Positions 53,534 through 64,000 of a DNA stretch of 64,000 bases are shown one piece after another. The notes under the pieces are model-generated. The model had not been told where the DNA came from. It saw only the letters and a list, made by a program, of their open reading frames with translations, and did not search any database. A program made the translations under genes and the position numbers. Every line of letters begins with the position of its first letter. Within the stretch, counting starts at the first letter, position 1. The stretch is from Octopus vulgaris (Eukaryota): positions 29,140,001-29,204,000 of the forward strand of contig OX597829.1 of the NCBI GenBank assembly GCA_951406725.2. Reading direction: 5' to 3'.

Positions 53534-54683
53534 TATTACGTCAGGCTGGAGATTGGAAAGATGATTTTCCTTTGCAAAAACTGATAGGGCACATAAAGTG
53601 TGTCAATAGCTAGCTGGAGGAGATGTCTTCCTGGGGCTACAAGCTACAGTAGCATCAACCCTTAAGGGTTAGTCACATTTAGGTGGCAAATATACTTCAT
53701 GATGTCATGCTGCTACTGTTTATATTTAGCTCAGAGATTTATTGTATAAATTTTAATATATCCCTTAAATTATTTCCCTTTTTTTCCCAACAATGTTTCA
53801 TTTAATTACAACAAATTTATAAAACATTTTTTTTTATTTTCTTTGAAGAAAACTTCAGCTATTTCGCATCACTTATGTCATTAATAATTTCTTAAAAGGA
53901 TTAAAATGTTACCATTTCTATTCACTTTTCCCTAGAAGTCAATATTGATTTATAAACAAAAGGACCAAAAGGCACAGATGTGGCCGTGTGATAAGAAGTT
54001 TACTTCCCAACCACATGGTTTTAGGTTCAGTTCCACTATGTTGCACTTTGGTTCAAGTGACTTCCACTGCAGCTCTGGGCTGACCAATGCCTTATGAGTG
54101 AATCTGGTAAACAGAAACCAAAAGAAGATCATCATGTGTGTGCATTCATGCATCTATGTGTTACTATCTCCTTGCATTGGCATTGTGCAATAGTTGTAAA
54201 TAAGTGCACTATCATGTGAATAGCATCCTTCATTTTCAATCTTACACATCATAGGGAAATATTACATTGGTTGAAGGAGGTTAACTGGTAGAATTGATAG
54301 TGTTCCAGACAAAATGCTTAGCAGCATTTCATCTGTTTTTATGATCTGGGTTCAAATGCTTTTCACCATATCAAGATCAATAAAATAGGTATCAATTAAA
54401 ACACTGGGATTAATGTAATCAACTTACCGCTTCCCCAAAACTGTACCAAAATTTTAAAACCATATTATGTCAGCTGGAAACAGGTGAATGCTGGCAACAG
54501 GAAGGACATCTGGTGGCACAAAATCTGTTCCATCAAATTCTGTCCAACCAATGCAACCATCAAAAAACCATGCTTTTCATATGCAAGCTGGTGGGGCTCG
54601 CTCTGAGCACTCTAATTTTTTCACAGTGAATGTACCGGCCACCTCGGTCACTTGGTGAAGAGCACCCTCGGAGGAGCCATTAA

Positions 54684-54904
54684 CCATTTAACATTTAAAC
54701 CAGTCGTATCCAGCCCAAATATTTTACCTGCTTTATATTTGAACTGATCAGATCTGGCCTTTCACACTTACCCTAAAATGTCACTCTAAAAATCAACAAT
54801 CACATCACTGAAACCTTGAAGCTATGAGATAATGCATTATTAATTCAAAATTGTGTGGATAAACAGGTATTAACATTTGACAGAATAATATGAATGCTAA
54901 AGGG
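54684..54904. mobile_element. piggyBac-like MITE
   Basis: TTAA|ccatttaacattta ... tgaatgctaaaggg|TAAA. Confidence 0.55.
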
Positions 54905-54961
54905 TAAAAACGATGATGATAACTGAACATGGGGAGATATGTGTACACATCTTATATCATC

Positions 54962-55376
54962 ATTGAATCTCCGACGTCTGGCAGCTGACTTGGCAGACAC
55001 CCACAAAATTATTAACCATCTTACTAACAATAACTCTGAGCACCTTTTCAAACTCCACCTGTGGACATGTTTACAAAGTCAGAAAACAGCACAGCTCCCA
55101 TGACTTTCGGAAACATTTTTTCATGCTAAGAGTTGCTGAAGTATGGAACAAACTGCAAGCATCAGTTGTTAGTTGTCGGATACTGCATTCTTCAAAACTT
55201 CCATGCTTCCTGAGATTTGCCTGATTTTCTCCCCTTCATACACACGCAAGCATGTATCTGACTCATACACTGTTCACTTCCCAGACATTTGTACATTACT
55301 GCATATGCTTTGTACTCACTTTTGACAAGTTGTGGTGCATCTGAGCACTGAATACAATAATTTCATTATTATTATC
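54962..55376 (+). mobile_element. CR1-type LINE 3' end
   Basis: Reverse complement of 42160-42590. Confidence 0.85.
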
Positions 55377-56544
55377 ATCCTAAAACACCGGAACTCATGT
55401 CTTAATGCATACAAGCTATGCAACACACATAGACCATCATTAATTCCCTCTAAGTATAGTTTTGATTTTCCTACTCTTTTTGTTAACGTCTACCTAAAAA
55501 TATTCCCCACTAAAGTCTTTATGTTTCAGACGGAAACTAAAGCCAGCAGAAGGGTGAAATAATCAGAAAAATGAACTAAACAGAACAAGAGACATGTGAG
55601 ATAGGGAGTCGATGAAGAGGTCAGAGGTTGTGTGACGGAACTTTGACAATGGAACTAAACTAATAATTACGAAGCTGAACTGAAGATCAAATATATAGTG
55701 CATGTGTTTAATTGGCAAAATAGGACCATCCCCAAGTTTAACAATATGCCTCAACACACGATTTCACATCAAGACTTGCAAAACAAATTGCATAAACGAA
55801 ATAATCAGAACTATTTCAATGAATCAGGAAGTTTAATGATTGGTTCAAAAAATCATTGAACATAAGATTATCTTATTTTATAGAATAAAAGTTTGAAAAA
55901 GATTTGACTTCTATTTTCAGCAAGGCCTGTAACCACGTAAAGAGTCACCCTTCGTTGCTCTACATTCCTTTATTCTGAACTAAAAGGAAGTTAGCTCCCC
56001 TTAGTGAAGAAAATGGGCGGACTTGACTGATGGTAGTTAACTCCCTTAGATGTTTTAAAACTTTTTTTTTTAAAGTTTGGTTACTTCCCTTAATTAATGT
56101 TACTAACTTTTCATGCTTTCTATTTAAAATACGTGTTATATCTGGAAAAATACATAGCAGTACTTCGTCTTTCTTTACGTTCGAGTTCTGATTACACCAA
56201 TGTCGAATTTGCTTTCCATTCTTTTAGATGTCGATAAAATAAGTTCCAGTCAAGCACTGGGATCGGTGTAATAGACATCTCCCTCCTCCGAAATTGCTGG
56301 CCTTGTGTCAAAATTTGAAACCAATTTATCTTGTCTGTATGTGTTTTGTGCAACTGTATATATTAATCGCGTATGTTGATTGTATATATGTGTGCGCATG
56401 TGAGTATATTATGCATGTCTGTAGAGTTTTGTGAATATGAGAATGAACTTATATATATCTAGGTCAAATATATTGTGTGTGATGTAATGTGTGAAAGGAG
56501 CTATAAATATTCATGTGTTTGTTTACTATAAAAGCGAGTATATC

Positions 56545-56581
<37 letters not shown>

Positions 56582-56584
<3 letters not shown>

Positions 56585-57070
56585 GGTAGGTTTAAAAGAC
56601 AGAATCACCCTCAAGCAACTCAATAATCATTGCATGGCATTATCCACAATATGTACATATAGGACTAAATATTAAAATTATCAAAATTAATACCTACAAT
56701 TCTTATTCCAAATTATCAAAATGAATACCTCCAATTCTTATTTCAAATCATATACTTTACTACGCGTGTTTCATGACAACATATTCTCCGATATTGCTGA
56801 AATAGAATGTCTCTAAATACAATACCATATTAAAACGATTATGTTGCCAATCTTCAGGTGTAGCTTATATGAACTTATTTTGCTATTTACATCCTATATA
56901 TGTACCTATTGTGGATAGTGTTGTTCAATGATGATTGAGTTGCTTGAGGGTGATTCTGTCTCTTAAACCTATCTATATATATGTATATAATACAGTGAGT
57001 AATTCATTTTAGTACCACTAAATTGAACTTCTCTCTCATGTGAACTCAGAAATAACTTCCCTAATATTAA
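56582..57070. mobile_element. PLE-like fold-back element (arms 56582-56665 / 56890-56976, HHR in loop, 3' tail)
   Basis: Inverted arms aggtttaaaagacagaatcaccctcaagcaactcaat / attgagttgcttgagggtgattctgtctcttaaacct; tail resembles the 24110 and 38148 tails. Confidence 0.75.
56755..56863 (-). ncRNA. Type I hammerhead ribozyme with extended stem II and weakened stem I
   Basis: ctacac-CTGAAGA-ttggcaacata(about 56 nt)tatgttgtcat-GAAA-cacgcg-TA-gtaaag. Confidence 0.65.
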
Positions 57071-57074
57071 TCTC

Positions 57075-57390
57075 ACCTGAAAGGTTCAGCATCCTGAGGT
57101 CATTCTTCCGTACTTCGTCCCTTGTCTTCCTGGGTCTTCCACTTGTTCTATCCACTTTGAGAGATCAGCACTTCTTTATAGAGTTGTCAGCATCCATCTG
57201 CGTCACATAACCAAACCAGCAAAGTCTTTTCTCTTTCACACAGCAAATTATTCTTCTGATGCCTATCTTCTCTCTTACAACACTGGCACTCTGTCGAACA
57301 CGTACACATACATTACACATCCAGTAGAGTATTCCATTCTGACCTTTGCATGTCCTCTGCATTCAGGGCCCACATCTTACTACCATGTAG
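57075..57390 (-). mobile_element. Decayed RTE 3' coding fragment
   Basis: WMCNV...REKIGIRRIICCVKEKRLCWFGYV. Confidence 0.75.
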
Positions 57391-57606
57391 ATACACATAC
57401 ATACATACATACATACATACATACATACATACATACATACATACATACATGAATGCATGCATGCATACATACATACATACATACATACATACATACATAC
57501 ATACATACATACATGCATGCATGCATGCATGCATGCATGCATGCATACATACATACATACATACATACATACATACATACATACATACATACATACATAC
57601 ATACAC

Positions 57607-58408
57607 ACACAAAGGGATACTCAAAAGAAACTGAATTTTGCAATATTCTTCTATTCACTTAGTTTTACATGTTTACACTTTTACCACCTTCAAAGTATTC
57701 TCCATTTGAAGCAATGCATCAATCCAAATGCATTTTCCCCTATTCAAAGCAGTCCTGGAACTCTTGCAAAGTGATGCCTTTTAATGCCTCTGTCATTTTT
57801 TTCTTCACCTCTTCCACATCTGCAAAACCTTTTCCCCTTAAGGACTTTTTACATTTGGGGGAACAAAAAAAAGTCATGCTATTTTTGGTCAAAAACTGTC
57901 TCACACTCAACAAGGTGTGCACAGGCAAATTTCCATAATGAAACCACCACTTTCCACTTCGCCACAGGTCATGGCATTTTTGTCTCACTGCATCTCACAA
58001 ATGGTTTAGAACAGCCAAGTAAAATATCAGGTTGAAAGTTTGACCAGGAGGAACAAATTCTGTTTGTACAATTCCTTTCACTTCGATGAAACAAACCAGC
58101 ACCGTCCTGACATTGGACTTCACTTGACATGCTTTTTGGGGGTGTGATAATATTAATATTAAATTCTACCCATGACTTGATTGCTGCTTCGTTTCTAGGT
58201 TGTAGCCATAGAAGCAGCTCTCATCAGTGATGACCTTCAAAAAGAGTTCTGGATCAACTTCCAGCTGTTCTTTCAGTTCATTCGACAATGCCGGTCAGCA
58301 GACTAACACCAAAGGATGGCATCAAGTGGTTTCTAGCATCAGAAGCCTAAACTACAACAAACTTGTCTCACAGAGAGTGCTTCCAGTTATTTTTGGGTAG
58401 CTCCTCAT
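57607..58408 (-). mobile_element. Deleted mariner, same family as 44985-46273
   Basis: Shared termini and LKGITLQEFQDCF text. Confidence 0.8.
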
Positions 58409-58647
58409 ATATATATATATGTTTTGTATACATTCGAGGCTTTCTTCCAAGGAATCTAATGCGCTTGGCTTAGATTTTCCTTTTGGGCTGGCCAGGTCGG
58501 AGCAATCTCAAGATTAATCAGCCAAAATTGCGAAGATGATCCGGTTCTTGACTGAAGATCGAAGGCTTTGAATGTCCCGTCCGTCTTTTTTGTATCGTCT
58601 TCTATATGTTTTGCGTTCTTGTCCCAGTTTGTGTTTTTTTACATTTA

Positions 58648-58681
<34 letters not shown>

Positions 58682-58935
58682 CAAAATAAGCAACAAGGAT
58701 ATCCTTCTTCTTGGAACTACGTGGTTGGGAAGCAAGCTTCTTACCACACAGCCACATCTGTATATATATATATATCATTGCATCAATGCTGCTCGATCTG
58801 CCTTTGCTTCCCAACCACATAGTTCCAAGTTCAGTTCCACAGCATGGCATTTGGAAAAGTGTCTTCTACTATAACTTCAGGTCAACCAAAGCCTTGTGAA
58901 TGGATTTGGTAGGCAGAAACAGAAAGAAGCCCATC

Positions 58936-58967
<32 letters not shown>

Positions 58968-59009
58968 GCGTGTGTGTGCATGTGTGTGTGCGTGTGTGCA
59001 TGTGTGCAT

Positions 59010-59058
<49 letters not shown>

Positions 59059-59379
59059 AGCAGTAAAACACATTGTTGACCAGGTAATTATTTTTACTGT
59101 TTATCAGGAGCCACATTGAAAGTATTATTATATGTATAATTTACCCCTCTTGTACATGTGTACTTTTAGAAGAGAAAACCATTGAATTAGAAGAAAGATC
59201 AATATCATACATGGACTTGTATTTGTTTGTGATATGACAATAATAAGTGAGTTGTATGTGTTATTTTATTTATCTATACAGTAATGGCAATAATATGATA
59301 TTTTTATAAGGGAAAAACGTGATAATTGAAGTAGAAAATAGATCATCTTTATACATGAAGTTCTGTTTGTTTATTACAT

Positions 59380-60035
59380 GAAAATAGTTCATCTTGAAAG
59401 CCTCGATTTCATATTTGTTGAAAGTTGAAGTGTTTTCACATGATATAATAATAATAATAATGAAATTATTGTATACAGTGCTCAGGTGCACCACAACTTG
59501 TCAGAAAGTGCATATAAAGTACATACAGTAATGTAGAAATGTCTGGGAAGTGAACATGCTTGTGTGTGTATGGAGGGGAGAAAATCAAGTGTAGTGTTGG
59601 TGAATCTCAGGAAGCATGGAAGTTTTGAAGGATGCAGTGCTCCGACAACTAACAACCGATGCCGCCAGTTTGTTCCACGCTTCAGTAACTCTCAGCATGA
59701 AAAAATGTTTCCTGAAGTCATGGGAGCTGTGCTGTTTTCTTACTTTGTAAATATGTCCACGGGTGTTAGATGGGTGGAGTTTGAAGAGGTGCTCAGAGTT
59801 ATTGTTTGTGCGATGGTTGATAATTTTACCATAATACAGAAGATTTTATTGAAGCATTGAACTCATCCACTTTTGTTCCTCTTGGAACAACTGGTAGTGT
59901 TTGTCGGAAGTCTCCTGACAATAATACTAGGACATTTCTCATCATAGAATTGCCATTTCTAATGTCTCATAATGTTCCGTCAACAGATTTTTGTGGGCCA
60001 TGGTACATTCGTCCCAGATAATTAAGTGACATCTT
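59380..60035 (-). pseudogene. Helitron Rep/Hel PIF1-type helicase fragment interrupted by a CR1 3' end (59447-59829)
   Basis: CHLIIWDECTMAHK...LLSGDFRQTLPVVPRGT...SSVLW, then HVKTLQLSTNMK beyond the insertion. Confidence 0.85.
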
Positions 60036-60223
60036 AGTATTATACAGTTCTATATTTAAGAGATGAGGAATTATGTACATTATTTACATTATTTGCATTC
60101 AAAGGATATTTGTCCTCATCTTGTTTGTTGTTAACACAATGTTTCATCAAGTGTCTTGGGGGAAATTTTGAACCTGGGTTCTCATTCCTAAGGTATTTTT
60201 CGATGTTGTTGTTGTTGTTGTTG

Positions 60224-60292
<69 letters not shown>

Positions 60293-60363
60293 TCACTGCC
60301 TGGAATCGAACTCGGACTCATGAGGTTAGTAGCCCGCTCTCTTAACCACTATGCCATATGCCC
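60036..60363 (-). mobile_element. tRNA-headed SINE with internal (AAT)n and a collapsed HHR-like motif
   Basis: Head tggcatagtggttaagagagcggg...gagttcgattcc; gacac-TTGATGA-AACATT-gtgtt at 60133-60155. Confidence 0.7.
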
Positions 60364-60495
60364 GTGGGAATGCTGGGACAGGTGCATTGCTGCACAAAGT
60401 GACTATTTCAAAGAAGATGATGCTAAAACTTTGGGCAATAAGTCAATTTTTATTAAGCATAACTAGTCTGGAACATTTTGATACCACTTTGTGTG

Positions 60496-60539
<44 letters not shown>

Positions 60540-60784
60540 ATATAAGTAAGGACCTAAATCCTTCAAAGGGATGTTAAACAACTAAGTCCGCCAGGTCAAT
60601 CCAGCACAAAGAATATATATATCTCTATATAAAAGCCTAATTTGTGATTTCAAAAGGATTATATTTCATTTTGTTTTGAATTAATTAGGCTTGGACACAA
60701 CTTGTAGAGTTTTTATTGTATATATGTACCAACTTGGAATAAAGTAATGCCTACACTACTATTTTCCCTTTCCTTATGATACTG

Positions 60785-60822
<38 letters not shown>

Positions 60823-60829
60823 TAATAAT

Positions 60830-61005
60830 AATAATATGAGGGAATATTATTCCAAACTTATTTTGCACATTACTTAATCATCATTATATCATCACTATAT
60901 GTTTTATCTTATATTTAATCTTTCTATAATATGTAATTTTCTAGAAGTGTAATTTTATTTTTCATTATTGAATTGATAAAAGGTGGGCTTTTTTCTAATT
61001 TATAT
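60830..61005 (-). mobile_element. Internally deleted copy of the 37811-38222 fold-back family
   Basis: Reverse-complement tail gagggaatattattccaaact joined directly to one arm. Confidence 0.75.
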
Positions 61006-61008
61006 ATA

Positions 61009-61039
<31 letters not shown>

Positions 61040-61581
61040 CCATCCAACCCATGCTAGCATGGAAAATGGACGCTAAACAATGATGATGATGATGATATAT
61101 ATGTATATGTATATTATACTTTATATATATACAAACACACACATACACACACACACAAGAATACACACATGTGTGTATGTGTGAAGCAAAATATAAAAAG
61201 AAAGAAAGAACTATAAAAAAAGGCATAAATAAAAGGTTATGTTGTACAATTGAGTAAATTCAAGCCCCTTAGAAATTGTTTGTCATGAAAGAAATAAGTT
61301 TAATAGAAGCAATGACTTTCAAAAGAAGCCTTTGTCACTTGGTGTGTGTATGTGTGAGTGTGTGTGCACGTGTGTGTACACATGTACACACATACATGCA
61401 TGAGCATATGAGCTTATACATGTATGCATATATAGATGCATGAGTATGTATATGTATGTGTGTGTGTATATATATATATACATACACTCACACATGTAAA
61501 TATGTATGTGTGTGCATATATATATGTATACATACATACACAAATGTGTATGTATGTCCATTGTATGTCCATATATATATA

Positions 61582-61647
<66 letters not shown>

Positions 61648-61809
61648 TACACACACACACGGATGTATGCATGTTTGGATGTATGCATGTGTTTCGTAAA
61701 TAACACCTGGTCCTACCACTATCGCTTCTCTTTACTTAACTCTACTGGAAAGACACCTACTACTACCACCAACACCAATGCTACCACCTCTATTATCATC
61801 ATTGTCATT

Positions 61810-62027
61810 AGTGGTAGTGGTGGTGGCGGCGGCGGCGGCGGTGGAGGCGGCAGTGGTGGTGGTGGTGGTGGTGGTGGTGGTGGTGGTGGTGGTGGTGGTG
61901 GTGGTGGTGGTGGTGGTGGTGGTGGTGGTGGTGGTGGTGGTGGTGGTGGTGGTGGTGGTGGTGGTGGTGGTGGTGGTGGTGGTGGTGGTGGTGGTGGTTG
62001 TGGTGGTGGTGGTTGTGGTGGTGGTGC

Positions 62028-62058
<31 letters not shown>

Positions 62059-62071
62059 GGTGGTGGTGGTG

Positions 62072-62123
<52 letters not shown>
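61810..62123. repeat. (GGT)n/(AGT)n microsatellite
   Basis: Directly visible. Confidence 0.95.
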
Positions 62124-62124
<1 letters not shown>

Positions 62125-62445
62125 TATTTATTCAATGTTTTGATGTTTGTTTGTTATTTTCTTTTACCTTTTTTCAATTTTCTTTAACTCCTTTCTTTGA
62201 CTTGCAACATTTTGTATAAAAGAAAGTACAGGTAAGGCGTGAGTTTATAACCTTGAAACAACTACAAAAGGTAAAAAAAAGGGGTGGGGTGGAAAAGTGT
62301 GTGTGGTGGGTGGGCAGGGGTATAATGGATGTGTTTACTGGGTTAAGTGGGGAAGGGGTAAGTGAGCAAGTGAGTGAACAGTAGTAGTAAGTCTGTGAGT
62401 AAGATGGGTGGGTGTGAGAAATAAGAAGGGTGGAGTGTGGGACTC

Positions 62446-62502
<57 letters not shown>

Positions 62503-63184
62503 CCAGTTATGAGAGAGAAGAATGGAGGAAATTAAGTCATGGAAGAGGTTGGAAAAAAAAAGAAAAACAAAGAGAATAGAAAGAAAATGGTTATGTTCAG
62601 GAAAGGTGGGAGCAAGGGAAGAAGGTGGATGAGTTGGGTGGGGTGAAGAAGAGGATTGGGTGGTGGTGGTGGTGGTGGTGGTGGCTTTATAGGTAAATAC
62701 CTCTGAGGTAAAGTGTTCCTTTAGAAATAATAATAAAAAAAAGAGAAAAAGAAGAAAAGAAGGAAAGGATTGGTGAGAGAGAAACAAATAAACAAATAGA
62801 CACAACAAAGAGAATGAAACAGAAAGAAAGAAAAGGAGCAGAAGAAAGAAAGGAAAAAGGAAATTTAAAATAAAAACAGAAAAAATAAGAAAGGAAGGGA
62901 AAAAGAAGTAACCAATTACATTTTTATCAAAGATTACAGAAAAAGAATCAAGAATGTTTTAAAGAAATGGTCTCAACTTAACCAAAGAAAAAAAAAAAGC
63001 TGCTTTCTTTGTCATAGACTTTTGTTTTTGTAGCCGTCTAGACCCAAGTCATGAAAATAGGAAAAAGAGATTTTTACAATGTGAGAATTGCTGAAATATA
63101 TCTTAATTAATCGTTATGAAGTTTAGGCTGCATACTGCCCCTAATTAAAGCCAACTCTGAGTGGTGTTTTTCTTTTATCTTTTT

Positions 63185-63401
63185 CTTGTTTCAGTCATTT
63201 GACTGTGGCCATGCTGGGGCAACACCTTGTGAATCTTTTTTAGCCAAACTAATCGACCCTGGTGCTTATTTTCTTTTTAAGCCTGGTACTAATTTTATCA
63301 GTTCCTTTTGCCAAACAGCTAAGCTATGGGGACACAAACACACCATTACCAGTTGTTAAGCAATGATGGGGGACAAACTCTGATGCAAACACACACACGC
63401 C

Positions 63402-63446
<45 letters not shown>

Positions 63447-63605
63447 ATGAGCTTCTTTCAGTTTCTGCCTGCCAAATTCACTCACCAGGCTTTGGTCATT
63501 CCAATGTTATAGTAGAAGACACTTGCCTGGGGTGTCACACAGTGGGACTGAACTGGGAATCACATGGTTGGGAAGCAATCTTCTTACCACACAGCCATGC
63601 CTGCA
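63185..63605 (-). mobile_element. SINE family A (diverged)
   Basis: Homology to 47205-47652. Confidence 0.8.
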
Positions 63606-63648
63606 CCTATGTTTAATAAACATTTATTTGTATGTCAATATTTCTATA

Positions 63649-64000
63649 CTGGGTGTTTGAGCTAAATTTGACAATTTACATAAAAGGAAAAGAAAACATG
63701 ATATCACATCCAGAAATAAAAGTATTTTTTTTTAAATTGAGAAACAGCAACTATATTATGGATGTGAGATAACAGTTTGCTTAAAGTAACCTCCCTCAGT
63801 TTCCACAACAGCCTCAGATGGCTCCAGAACCTGGCACATGCATTCCTTACTGTGTCTCTCAGAAGATTTTATGAACATCTCCTTGATCTTGGTCACAAGT
63901 TTAGATTTGGTGTTGCAGAGTGGATGGTGAATTTTTTAACTGTGCCCCACATGGAATGACAAGAGTGGGGAATTAGAAGACCAGAAATTGGGGCTGGTGA
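63649..64000 (-). mobile_element. 3' end of a maT/Tc1-like transposon
   Basis: PNFWSSNSP...VWGTV...CNTK...RNACARFWS...AVVETEGGYF; terminus ta|ctgggtg. Confidence 0.7.

Larger units (their letters stand above)
53178..53703. mobile_element. 526 bp imperfect palindrome with an HHR on each arm
   Basis: atcatgaagtatatttgccacc...ggtggcaaatatacttcatgat; centre atatatatactggaaaaggtatatatat. Confidence 0.85.

Noticed and set aside
53840-53900. GAAA-tagctg on the minus strand as another HHR
   Set aside because: No CUGANGA upstream and no stem I.

Overview
AT-rich eukaryotic DNA saturated with microsatellites and transposon debris. The repeat families and microsatellite density suggest an octopus/coleoid genome (inference). 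No host protein-coding gene can be supported; almost all ORF-track entries are microsatellite translations. Recognisable content: four to five tRNA-derived SINE families, RTE, CR1-type and Tx1 LINE fragments, a young mariner with one frameshift, decayed mariner, maT and pogo copies, Helitrons, and hAT/Harbinger/piggyBac MITEs. The most notable signal is a dense set of short Penelope-like (PLE) inserts, mostly in (TA)n tracts. They carry eight near-canonical type I hammerhead ribozyme (HHR) cores from about seven sequence families, plus several variant or decayed cores, nearly all with palindromic stem III. They are arranged as fold-backs with a 3' tail or as partial tandem (retrozyme-like) units, near three GIY-YIG endonuclease relics. 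One tRNA-headed SINE appears to carry a collapsed HHR. All calls were made by eye, so element boundaries are approximate.
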